Shown here piece after piece: positions 1-7,996 of a DNA stretch of 35,532 nt; position 1 is the stretch's first letter; the number at the start of each line of letters is the position of its first letter. This DNA is from Promethearchaeota archaeon (lineage in GTDB: Archaea > Asgardarchaeota > Lokiarchaeia > Sigyniarchaeales > SOKP01), in contig JAEOTZ010000022.1 in assembly GCA_016839585.1 (NCBI GenBank), forward strand, positions 1 through 35,532, read 5' to 3'. The notes beneath the pieces are model-generated. The model searched no databases and was not told where the DNA came from. It worked only from the letters and a program-made list of their open reading frames with translations. A program made the translations under genes and the position numbers.

Positions 1-92
1 GTTTCTAGCTATTATAATATTTAATTAATAATTTTACCTATTAAATTTATTTGATAATAAGATAATCAAAAATGCTAAGGAGATGATAAAGA

Positions 93-722
93 GTGCCTAA
101 AAAAAATGAAGATGACGACGAGGATGATGAAGAACCCTTTGATTTCTTCAAATTTTTTGAAGATCCAAGTAGATTCATGATTGACCCAAATAAATTGTTT
201 AAGCATAAGGATTTCAAAAATATACTTCGAGATATTTATAATAAAATTTCAAAAAGCTTCCCGCCAGAGTTTCAGAATCTATCTCCAGAAGATATTGTAA
301 AAGAATTTATGAAAAATAAATCAAAATTTGGTTTTCCAATAATGTACGGTTTTAACATAAATCTCGGTCCTGATGGTAAACCAACGATTGATTCTTTTGG
401 AAATCTTGAACCAACTCCCTATTCTGGGAAACCAGTTGTAAAATCAAAAAGAGAACCCTTAGTAGAAGTTAATGAAGAGGAAGATGGTATTATCGTAATA
501 GCTGAAATGCCCGGAGTTGAGCGAGAGGATATAGAACTGAAAGCAACAAGTCATAGTATTACAATTTCTACTAAAGAAAATGCTAGTAGACATTATTATA
601 AAGAAGTTGAATTACCATCAGCAATTAATTCAGATTATGCCAAAGCAAGGTATAGCAATGGTATCCTCGAAATTGAACTCAAAAAAGTTGATGAAAAACA
701 TAAAAAAATTAAGATCGATTAA
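93..722 (+). CDS. hsp20: Archaeal small heat-shock protein Hsp20 (alpha-crystallin domain)
   Basis: YGFNINLGPDGKP..FGN segment typical of archaeal Hsp20, then REPLVEV..IAEMPGV..A.YSNGILEI.L.K alpha-crystallin domain and C-terminal IKI (IxI) motif. GTG start with AAGGAG upstream; acidic N-terminus. Confidence 0.95.
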   Translation: MPKKNEDDDEDDEEPFDFFKFFEDPSRFMIDPNKLFKHKDFKNILRDIYNKISKSFPPEFQNLSPEDIVKEFMKNKSKFGFPIMYGFNINLGPDGKPTIDSFGNLEPTPYSGKPVVKSKREPLVEVNEEEDGIIVIAEMPGVEREDIELKATSHSITISTKENASRHYYKEVELPSAINSDYAKARYSNGILEIELKKVDEKHKKIKID

Positions 723-771
723 TTAGTTAATAATTCATAGAAAAGATACTAAGGAAAGAAATAAATTTCAT

Positions 772-827
772 CCTTATAATTTTAATTTGAACTTTAACCT
801 TATATTTTTAATTTGAACATTAACCTT
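772..827. repeat. Tandem direct repeat, 26-bp unit x about 2.1
   Basis: CCTTATAATTTTAATTTGAACTTTAA (772-797), CCTTATATTTTTAATTTGAACATTAA (798-823), then CCTT. The units are 24/26 identical and lie upstream of the PAP2 gene. Confidence 0.8.
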
Positions 828-888
828 TATTAACTATATTGACATCTTTATCAAATATAATCTATTTTAATTAACATTTGGATTTAAG

Positions 889-1920
889 ATGTCAGAAAAA
901 GAAAAATATTTATCAAGAAATGGATTACTTATCATTGGAGCTATAGCTCTAATTATTCTTATTGTAGGCGTAATACTCTATGCTTTAGGATTTAATGAAG
1001 AATTTTATAGTGAAAGTTCTACTGTCCAGACAATATTCGGAGCTATTACCTATCTTGGTGAAGCTATTACATTTGTAATTATAACTGCAATCATATTTAT
1101 AGGTTATGATAAGAAGTTAGCTAAAAGGACTATCTTACCTATATTATTCTCATATTATCTTAACCATTTGGTAAAAGAAGTATTCAAAGACACTAGACCA
1201 GATACAAATATCGATCCTGATGGAGATCCAGAGGTAGATTACCTTATTGAACCATCCTATGGATTCCCATCTGGTCATGCCCAAAATGCTACATGTTATT
1301 GGGGATATATGGCTAATGAATTTAAAGATAAACCTAAACCTATGGTTATCCCTGTCGTACCAGTTATTCTTTCAGTAATTATCTTTCTTGTAGCCATATC
1401 AAGAATGTTCTACGGTGTACATGATCTTCAAGATGTGATTGGAGGGCTCTTAATAGGTATTGGATTCTTACTCTTATTTATCTATTTAGAACCAATCTTT
1501 ACTGTACAATTTAATAAGTTTAGTTTTCAAATAAAACTAATATTTACAATAGTTATTGCGATTTTACTATTTGTGATTCCAACCTTATTATCCCCGAGTG
1601 CAGGTTTAGGTTTAGTTGATGATCCTCCTTTATACCCAGATTCGGGAGCATTTGCTCAAGTAGGAGGAGTATTATTAGGATTTGGTGTTGGTTATCTGTT
1701 AGAAAATGAATACATTAGATATGAACCAAAAGAGTTGAGTAATAAACAAAAATTGCTTAATTTAATTGTAGGTCTAGTAATTCTTCTTGCTTTATTTATA
1801 CCACTTGAGTATCTACTAGAAATTAATTCGGTTTTTTATAGATTCGGTCGTTACGCTCTACTAGCGTTTATATTAACTTATGTGCTTCCTTTAATCTTTG
1901 TAAGAATTAATAAGAAGTAA
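889..1920 (+). CDS. PAP2-superfamily membrane phosphatase
   Basis: Three PAP2 motifs: KEVFKDTRP, GFPSGHA, SRMFYGVHDLQDVIGG; multiple hydrophobic TM segments. Confidence 0.93.
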   Translation: MSEKEKYLSRNGLLIIGAIALIILIVGVILYALGFNEEFYSESSTVQTIFGAITYLGEAITFVIITAIIFIGYDKKLAKRTILPILFSYYLNHLVKEVFKDTRPDTNIDPDGDPEVDYLIEPSYGFPSGHAQNATCYWGYMANEFKDKPKPMVIPVVPVILSVIIFLVAISRMFYGVHDLQDVIGGLLIGIGFLLLFIYLEPIFTVQFNKFSFQIKLIFTIVIAILLFVIPTLLSPSAGLGLVDDPPLYPDSGAFAQVGGVLLGFGVGYLLENEYIRYEPKELSNKQKLLNLIVGLVILLALFIPLEYLLEINSVFYRFGRYALLAFILTYVLPLIFVRINKK

Positions 1921-1925
1921 TACTC

Positions 1926-1941
1926 TTTTTTTTTTATTTTT
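1926..1941 (+). terminator. Oligo-T archaeal terminator candidate
   Basis: T10-A-T5 run immediately after the PAP2 stop codon. Confidence 0.45.
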
Positions 1942-1974
1942 ATAGGTTTAAAATTAGAAGGAGATTATTTATTA

Positions 1975-2133
1975 TTAAGCAATTACTTTTAACTCCTTTG
2001 TAGCGACTTCTTTCAATAAGATCCTTTTAACCATCATTTTATCGCTATTTTTAACCTCATCATAAGGAGTAATAACTGAGTTTATATAAATATCATCTCT
2101 GAATGGGTGTGGAGGAACTTCCTCTAAAATCAT
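1975..2133 (-). CDS. Small hypothetical protein, 52 aa (not in ORF track)
   Basis: ATG at 2133 to TAA at 1975: MILEEVPPHPFRDDIYINSVITPYDEVKNSDKMMVKRILLKEVATKELKVIA. Fills an otherwise empty 400-bp gap, is divergent from 2319..2600 and has protein-like composition. Confidence 0.6.
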   Translation of the reverse strand: MILEEVPPHPFRDDIYINSVITPYDEVKNSDKMMVKRILLKEVATKELKVIA

Positions 2134-2318
2134 CTTAAGAAAATATGTATTAAAACAACTATTTAAAATTTCCTATAATTCTTCAGACAAGAAGGAATTT
2201 AATAATTAATCAGCTATTAACATGAACATTATTCTCTGTATTATTTCGCAGTTTAACTTTGAAGTAAAACCACAAAACTTTTAAGATTTGTTGATAGAAT
2301 ATATATAAGTGATAAGAA

Positions 2319-2600
2319 GTGGATTGTTTTGATGAGATATTAGATTTTTATAATCATAATGTAAATAGGTCAAAAAGTTTCTCAGAGCTTTGGACAGTAA
2401 CATATATGATTAAAATAATGAATGAGTTCTCAATCAATCATAATAATTTTAAAGCTAAAAATTGTTTGCTTTTTCTATTGAACTTACTTATGATTGATAA
2501 TCCTGATTATTTGCATAAGAAAGGAAAAAAGATTAAGGATTTAACTAAAAAAGAGCTTAAAGTACTTCTTAAATCATTAAAATCTGAGTTTATATCCTAG
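2319..2600 (+). CDS. Hypothetical protein
   Basis: 93-aa ORF, GTG start, purine-rich BRE/TTTTAAG TATA-like element about 35 nt upstream; no recognisable motif. Confidence 0.65.
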   Translation: MDCFDEILDFYNHNVNRSKSFSELWTVTYMIKIMNEFSINHNNFKAKNCLLFLLNLLMIDNPDYLHKKGKKIKDLTKKELKVLLKSLKSEFIS

Positions 2601-2613
2601 AATCATAGATTTT

Positions 2614-3066
2614 TCAAAACAAGTCTAAGTAAGGTTTTACCTTCTCCTTTCCTTTATAATTCTTAATATTCTCTAATATCCTTTTTGATAACTCTTTCTT
2701 CTTTTGAAAGTAAATTCTCATGAATTCTTCTTTAGATTTGTTAGGATATCTTATGCTTAAAGCGACATCACGCCTTGGACAACCTCCACGTCTCATACAA
2801 CAATACGATATTGAACCAAAACACACAATTTCTGAATTCCAATCGTTTTCTTTTGAAAAACCCTGTTTAATTTTTATAAATTCTTTCACTGAAAGATCTA
2901 ATTCATTTAAAACATTATCTCTTCTACATTTAAAACTAAAAGTTAAAGAATATCCTGGTTTACAACAAAAAGTTAAGGAACGATAATCCCCACCCATACA
3001 AATTGGAACAGGAGCGTTTGTTCTCCAACCTGGAATGTCTCGAAGCTTATCTTCCTCTAAAATCAT
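2614..3066 (-). CDS. Methanogenesis marker 9 domain protein (TIGR03277/COG4008-like, 8-Cys)
   Basis: W..AP.PICMGGD.RSL.FCC.P ... C ... IK..F ... CFGS..YCC...CP.RD pattern with eight Cys, including two [FY]CC motifs. Confidence 0.8.
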   Translation of the reverse strand: MILEEDKLRDIPGWRTNAPVPICMGGDYRSLTFCCKPGYSLTFSFKCRRDNVLNELDLSVKEFIKIKQGFSKENDWNSEIVCFGSISYCCMRRGGCPRRDVALSIRYPNKSKEEFMRIYFQKKKELSKRILENIKNYKGKEKVKPYLDLF

Positions 3067-3218
3067 TATTCAATATGACTCAACTTTTGTATTACTTTAA
3101 ATTAGCGATAAATTAAAATGAACGTACTGATTTTAATTTTCCAATTTTTCGCTCCTTAATTGTAAAAATTAATTACAAAAGTGAGACATTAAGTAAAGTC
3201 GTAATAAAAATTAAGGAG

Positions 3219-3321
3219 GGCCGGGTACGGGAATTGAACCCGTCTTTCCCCGGTAATAGAAAAGATCTTAAACCTCTAGGGATTCACAGTCCCCAATCCT
3301 TACCACTAGACGAACCCGGCC
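3219..3321 (-). tRNA. tRNA-His(GUG) with encoded G-1 and 30-nt intron at 45/46
   Basis: Minus strand reads G GCCGGGT TC GTCT AGTGGTAA GGAT T GGGGA CTGTGAA TCCCT AG [intron] AG ACGGG TTCAATT CCCGT ACCCGGC C. All four stems pair, anticodon GTG, discriminator C, CCA not encoded. Confidence 0.95.
3246..3275 (-). other. tRNA intron with relaxed bulge-helix-bulge motif (non-canonical position)
   Basis: CCCT/GGGG 4-bp helix flanked by 3-nt bulges AGA and AAA, closed by GGT/ACC. Cleavage after the second nt of each bulge removes AGGTTTAAGATCTTTTCTATTACCGGGGAA. Confidence 0.85.
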
Positions 3322-3388
3322 AATGTTTAAAGGAGGATAAAAATGTAATAATAATAGTGTTTCTTTCTAAAAAAATTTTATCCGTTTT

Positions 3389-3964
3389 CTACTGTTTATT
3401 GTCTTTAACTATACTTATAACATAATTTAAAAATTGACTGATAGCTTCATCAAGTTCCCCAGAATTATCAACTACAAAATCTGCTTCAGGAAATTTTTGA
3501 TTATTACTTGCTCTTTCTATTCTTTCTTTCAATCTTTGTTCACTTTCTCTTTCCCTATTTTTTAAACGTAGGAGAATAATATCAAAAGGAACGTCTATAA
3601 ATACAACCTTGACATTTTTATATTTTTTTCTTGTGTCATTTATGATTGTTCTGCTAACATTAGCTATTACGGTGTGCCCCTTTTTAAGCCAATTTTCTAT
3701 TTCTATAGGAACACCATAATCTAATCCATAAATATGCCACTGTAAAGCGAATTTTCCTTGTTTATTCCTCTCATTAAATTCTTCAGAACTTATAAAATAA
3801 TTATCTTCAGTTTCAGAGGGAGGTCTTGTAATATATCTTTTAGCAACATAAACTTTCTTTAAATCTAAAGGATATTCTTCTGATGTTCCATTAATTATGG
3901 AATCTTTTCCAGAACCAGAATTTCCAACAACTAAAATTAATGTACCTAGAAAATTTTTTACCAT
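3389..3964 (-). CDS. phnN: Ribose 1,5-bisphosphate phosphokinase (PhnN, guanylate-kinase-like)
   Basis: LILVVGNSGSGKDS P-loop, RYITRP, FALQW..YGLDYG(V)P, V.ANVSR and RL..R.RE are PhnN signatures. Start placed at ATG 3964 (MVKNF) rather than 4042. Confidence 0.85.
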   Translation of the reverse strand: MVKNFLGTLILVVGNSGSGKDSIINGTSEEYPLDLKKVYVAKRYITRPPSETEDNYFISSEEFNERNKQGKFALQWHIYGLDYGVPIEIENWLKKGHTVIANVSRTIINDTRKKYKNVKVVFIDVPFDIILLRLKNRERESEQRLKERIERASNNQKFPEADFVVDNSGELDEAISQFLNYVISIVKDNKQ

Positions 3965-4135
3965 TTTTATGTAAAAATAATTCGTTCTAGTAATATTAAA
4001 ACTAATATATATAATTAAATTTATAAAATTCTTTAGATGCAATATTGAAAAGATTTTTAAGAATATTTTATGTTATCAATCTTGCAAAATAAAAATAATT
4101 ATAATCATTATTATTTAGTATTTTTCTGATATACT

Positions 4136-4555
4136 ATGGCGAATAATAACAAAGAGGATATTATAAATCTCTCAGATATCCCTGAAAGTTATCAAAAATA
4201 TCTGGATGAGATATATACTATATCACATAAAAAAAGAGGTGGCTGGGTTTCTAATAAGGAGCTCGCAGAAAATCTAGATGTAAAACCAGCAAGCGTTACT
4301 GGCATGCTTGAAAAACTTCAACGAGCTGGTCTAATTTTATGGAAACCAAGAAAAGCTATCAGATTAACTGAAAAAGGAAAAAGAATAGCTATCCAGTTGA
4401 ATGAAACTCATGAGCTGTTATATACCTTCTTTGAAAAAGTTTTAAAGATTGATGATATGGATTTAGTTGAAAAAATCTCATGTGAAATTGAACATCATAT
4501 TTCCATAGATGTTAAAAATTCTTTAAAGGAATTTTTATCAAACTATTTGGGATAA
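4136..4555 (+). CDS. DtxR/MntR-family metal-dependent transcriptional regulator
   Basis: YLDEIY..LAENLDVKPASVTGMLEKL wHTH, LTEKG, H.LL..F and CEIEHHIS metal/dimerisation motif; no FeoA domain. Confidence 0.93.
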   Translation: MANNNKEDIINLSDIPESYQKYLDEIYTISHKKRGGWVSNKELAENLDVKPASVTGMLEKLQRAGLILWKPRKAIRLTEKGKRIAIQLNETHELLYTFFEKVLKIDDMDLVEKISCEIEHHISIDVKNSLKEFLSNYLG

Positions 4556-4620
4556 ATTTAATTGCAATTCTTACTTCTTTAAATCATTCAACTTTAAATG
4601 GATTTTTCAATTGAGTAAAT

Positions 4621-5382
4621 ATGAGTGAAGAACTCTTAGATAAAATCAAATTAGTAAATGAGTATTTAAAAGATTTTACAAATTTCATAGAATTAGAAAA
4701 TTTCAGATCTTTTTTGTTATTTACTTTAACAAGCCAAGTACCATCAAATATTTTAGCCCAAATTGGTCTTGGTGGTACTAAGGATATAATTAACTTACCT
4801 TACAATCCAATTTTTAAAATTTATTATCAAAAGATTAATTTAATCTCAGCAGGGGCATTAATAATTTATGTTAAAACTAATCCAATTTCAAATAATTTTA
4901 TTATAGAAAAAGATGATTCAATTATCAAGAATTATTTGAATCCTAATGAGATTAGCCTAGCATTTCGTGGTAAAGAAAAATTTCTCCTTCCTAAGATTAG
5001 TGATTGTAGTGTTTTTAATGATGAGAGAAAAAACAAGATAATTATAAAAATTGATGATTTATTTCACTCATTAGAAAGTTTCCTTGCTGTATCTGAGCCG
5101 AATTTACTTTTCGTTATCGATGCAAAAAACGATTCTGATCCTGACTTAATCTTTACTTTTAATTTGATGCCGGAGATGTCAAGCCGTTTGGATCAAAAAG
5201 TTTTAAAAATCGATGTATTCTTTGATAAGGATCACAAAACTAAAGACAAAACATATTTAAAACGGGAAGAGGATTATACAATAAATTATTTGCAGGATAT
5301 TAAAGAAGTTGGTCATGCAGAGTTGTATAAATCATCATTTTCACTAATCCTACATGTTAAATCGCTAAATGAACCTAAATAA
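4621..5382 (+). CDS. Hypothetical protein
   Basis: 253-aa soluble ORF, ATG start, no motif recognised. Confidence 0.75.
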   Translation: MSEELLDKIKLVNEYLKDFTNFIELENFRSFLLFTLTSQVPSNILAQIGLGGTKDIINLPYNPIFKIYYQKINLISAGALIIYVKTNPISNNFIIEKDDSIIKNYLNPNEISLAFRGKEKFLLPKISDCSVFNDERKNKIIIKIDDLFHSLESFLAVSEPNLLFVIDAKNDSDPDLIFTFNLMPEMSSRLDQKVLKIDVFFDKDHKTKDKTYLKREEDYTINYLQDIKEVGHAELYKSSFSLILHVKSLNEPK

Positions 5383-5406
5383 ATTTTAATTTTCTAATAG
5401 TAATCC

Positions 5407-5430
5407 TTTTTTAACACTAGAGTTAAAAAA
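5407..5430. terminator. AT-rich inverted repeat, possible terminator
   Basis: TTTTTTAAC-ACTAGA-GTTAAAAAA perfect 9-bp inverted repeat about 25 nt after the stop at 5382. Confidence 0.4.
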
Positions 5431-5623
5431 CTTCTAATATTATTACGTTAATAGTTGACACCATTTGTTAAAGGACAGATATAATTATATTCGTTAGCCA
5501 TTAAACAATTAATACATTAAAGGATTAATACTCTTGATTTATAAATAATTCGACAAAATTAATTATTAAATAATTATTTACAATTCTAAATTTTTATTAA
5601 TTTTTTAATAAGGGTTGTTAGAA

Positions 5624-5827
5624 ATGAAGATCATAACTATAAATTTACCTGAAAAATATCTTGATGCTATTCAAACTCTCAATGATCTTGGGATATATCC
5701 TTCAAGGAGTGAAGCGATAAGAATTGCTCTCCATAATTTTTTAGCAAATGAGTTGAAGATGTATAAAGATCTCGATGATGATAGCTTTAAAATGCTAATG
5801 AGAAGTAAATCAAATAAAAGAACATAA
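5624..5827 (+). CDS. Ribbon-helix-helix (CopG/Arc/MetJ) transcriptional regulator
   Basis: MKIITINLPEKYLDAI..L...GIYPSRSEAIR.AL is a classic RHH pattern. ATG 5624 preferred over TTG 5615. Confidence 0.9.
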   Translation: MKIITINLPEKYLDAIQTLNDLGIYPSRSEAIRIALHNFLANELKMYKDLDDDSFKMLMRSKSNKRT

Positions 5828-5980
5828 ATTTCCTTTTTTATTTATTTATAACACCATTGTTTAGTAATTTTCACTATTTTGTTCAAGAATTTAAATTTAT
5901 CAATCTAAATTAATTAAAATATTAAATAGAGAAATCACCTAATTAAAACTATAATTTATTAAATAAACCAGTTTATAAAA

Positions 5981-7246
5981 ATGCCCAAAAATACACAAAT
6001 TTTAATTTTATTAACGCTATTTAGTAGTGCTCTTTTTAGCATTATAACTCCAATGGCAGAAGAAATTTCAATTGCTCTAAATTTCGAGGAAAACCTAGTT
6101 ACTTTTATAAACTCAATGTTTCTAATGGTTGGAGCAATTAGCTCCCTATTTTGGGCTTTATTGGGGGATAAATTTTCACGAAAGAATTTACTTATTATAA
6201 GCACATTAGAATGGTCAATTATTACCTTATTAACTATATTTTCAACTGATTTTCTCTCATTATTAATATTTCAATTAATCACAGCAATAGGATTTGGGGC
6301 AGCAATTCCATTAATTTTCTCATTAACAGTTGATTTGGTTGATCCTAAAAACCGAGGTAAAAAATTTGGAACTCTTTCAGCTGTTTACGTTTTAGGTAAT
6401 GGATTAGGGCAAATCCTTTCGGGATTCCTAATAGATTACTATACATGGCAAATACCGCTTTTAATTATTTCTATAAGTGGATTTGCTTGTACGGGATTGC
6501 TATTTTCAGTAGAAGAGCCTTTAAGAGGAAGTACAGATGAGTTATATAAAACAATTGATGAAGCCCTTGGATTAGAATACAAAATTAAGAGAGATGATCT
6601 TAAGCAAATCTGGAAGATAAAAACAACAATTTGGATATTAATATTCAATTTTGCCATGTTCATATCTATTGGAGCAATTTCTTCCTTCTTTATCTCAATG
6701 CTTAAGAGAGATTATGATCTTAGTTCTACATTAGCAACCTTCTTCCTGATTTTAGTATTTGGAAGTCAAGTTCCTTCCGGTCCATTATTTGGCAAGCTTG
6801 GAGATAAGAAATATGAAATAGATAAAAATGGAAGAATAAAGATTGTTTTATATTGTCTCATAAGTGGGTCTATTTTTTATATAATAGCTTTCTCATTATA
6901 CTTTATATCAAATGAATTCTCGATTGCTATTCTATTTTTAGCTCTTGCTCTTGTAGGTGCATTTCTATTTGGTGGAATTGACCCTCTCACTCAAGCAACA
7001 TTAGGGGAAATCAATCCTCCTCAAATTAGATCAACGATTTATTCTCTGAATTACTTGGCAACAATTACTTTTGGGCGTAGTATAAGTTTACTACTGCTTG
7101 GACAATTCTTTTTAATTTTTAATAATCATTACAGTCCGGGATATTTTATTTTATCTATAATGGCTTTATCATGTACATTGTTTATTTTTCCAATTTTAAA
7201 ATTTCTACCTCGTGATATTGAAGAAATTAAATCTATGAAATCTTAA
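5981..7246 (+). CDS. Major facilitator superfamily transporter
   Basis: About 12 TM segments; motif A in both halves (ALLGDKFSRK; GKLGDKK..GR). Confidence 0.92.
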   Translation: MPKNTQILILLTLFSSALFSIITPMAEEISIALNFEENLVTFINSMFLMVGAISSLFWALLGDKFSRKNLLIISTLEWSIITLLTIFSTDFLSLLIFQLITAIGFGAAIPLIFSLTVDLVDPKNRGKKFGTLSAVYVLGNGLGQILSGFLIDYYTWQIPLLIISISGFACTGLLFSVEEPLRGSTDELYKTIDEALGLEYKIKRDDLKQIWKIKTTIWILIFNFAMFISIGAISSFFISMLKRDYDLSSTLATFFLILVFGSQVPSGPLFGKLGDKKYEIDKNGRIKIVLYCLISGSIFYIIAFSLYFISNEFSIAILFLALALVGAFLFGGIDPLTQATLGEINPPQIRSTIYSLNYLATITFGRSISLLLLGQFFLIFNNHYSPGYFILSIMALSCTLFIFPILKFLPRDIEEIKSMKS

Positions 7247-7273
7247 ATATTTGACTTATTGTATGATACGGTT

Positions 7274-7975
7274 ATGGAGATAAAAGCAGATCTATGTATA
7301 GGTTGTGGACAATGTGTAATTGTTTGTCCTGTTCATGCTATAAAATTAAAAGATAATAAGGCTGAGATAAATCAAGATCAATGCGTTGAATGTGCTGTTT
7401 GTTATCGAGATGCCGAGTGTCCCGTCAAAGCAATAAGATCTAAACGATTAAAATGGCCTCGTATTATACGTAGTCCATTTAGTAATGTAATTACTACACA
7501 TAAAGTAACAGGAATACCAGGGAGAGGGACTGAAGAAATGAAAACTAATGATGTAACTAATCGCTATAGTCTCGGTGAAATTGGAATCACTATAGAAATA
7601 GGACGTCCTGGAGTAGGCACGTACCTTAGAAATATCGAATTATTCACCACAAAATTATCAAAAATTGGAGTAGAATATGAAAAAGAGAGTCCTGTTACAG
7701 CAATTATAATTGATGATAAAGGACATATTAAAGAATATATAAAAAATGAAAAAGTTCTCTCGGCAATAATTGAATTTAAGGTTCCTAATAGCAAAATCAC
7801 TGATGTGTTAAACGTTATAAGAGAAGTTGAAAAGAAAATTGATACTGTATTTTCGGTCGGTATAATTACTAGAATAATGGAAAATGGTGATATACCAATT
7901 ATAAATTTATTATCCGAAGAAGGTTTTAAGGTAAGGAAAAACATTAAAGCCAATATGGGATTAGGTAGAGCTTAA
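7274..7975 (+). CDS. 2x[4Fe-4S] ferredoxin-domain protein with uncharacterised C-terminal domain
   Basis: CIGCGQCVIVCP and CVECAVCYRDAECP cluster motifs followed by GIPGRGTEEMKTNDVT and EIGRPGVG. Start may be TTG 7259 or ATG 7274. Confidence 0.85.
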   Translation: MEIKADLCIGCGQCVIVCPVHAIKLKDNKAEINQDQCVECAVCYRDAECPVKAIRSKRLKWPRIIRSPFSNVITTHKVTGIPGRGTEEMKTNDVTNRYSLGEIGITIEIGRPGVGTYLRNIELFTTKLSKIGVEYEKESPVTAIIIDDKGHIKEYIKNEKVLSAIIEFKVPNSKITDVLNVIREVEKKIDTVFSVGIITRIMENGDIPIINLLSEEGFKVRKNIKANMGLGRA

Positions 7976-7996
7976 GCATGGGAGGTATATAAGTTA

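Noticed and set aside
2119-3066. Identical MILEE starts of the 52-aa ORF and the marker-9 gene
   Set aside because: Similarity ends after five codons; no evidence of duplication.
3219-3260. tRNA-His as an integration site for a mobile element
   Set aside because: No integrase and no second copy of the tRNA 3' end seen in the window.
3234-3425. 63-aa + strand ORF in the track
   Set aside because: Antisense to tRNA-His and overlapping the phnN stop; spurious.
3965-4042. N-terminal extension of phnN from ATG 4042
   Set aside because: Low-complexity AT-rich translation of the divergent promoter region; homology-like sequence begins at MVKNFLGTLILVVG.
4115-4129. TTAG-N7-CTGA as a DtxR/MntR operator upstream of the regulator
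   Set aside because: Imperfect palindrome with doubtful spacing in very AT-rich DNA; not distinguishable from chance.
5458-5858. ACACCATT repeated on both sides of the RHH gene (target-site duplication or operator)
   Set aside because: Only about 8 bp, with no terminal inverted repeats or transposase; plausible by chance.
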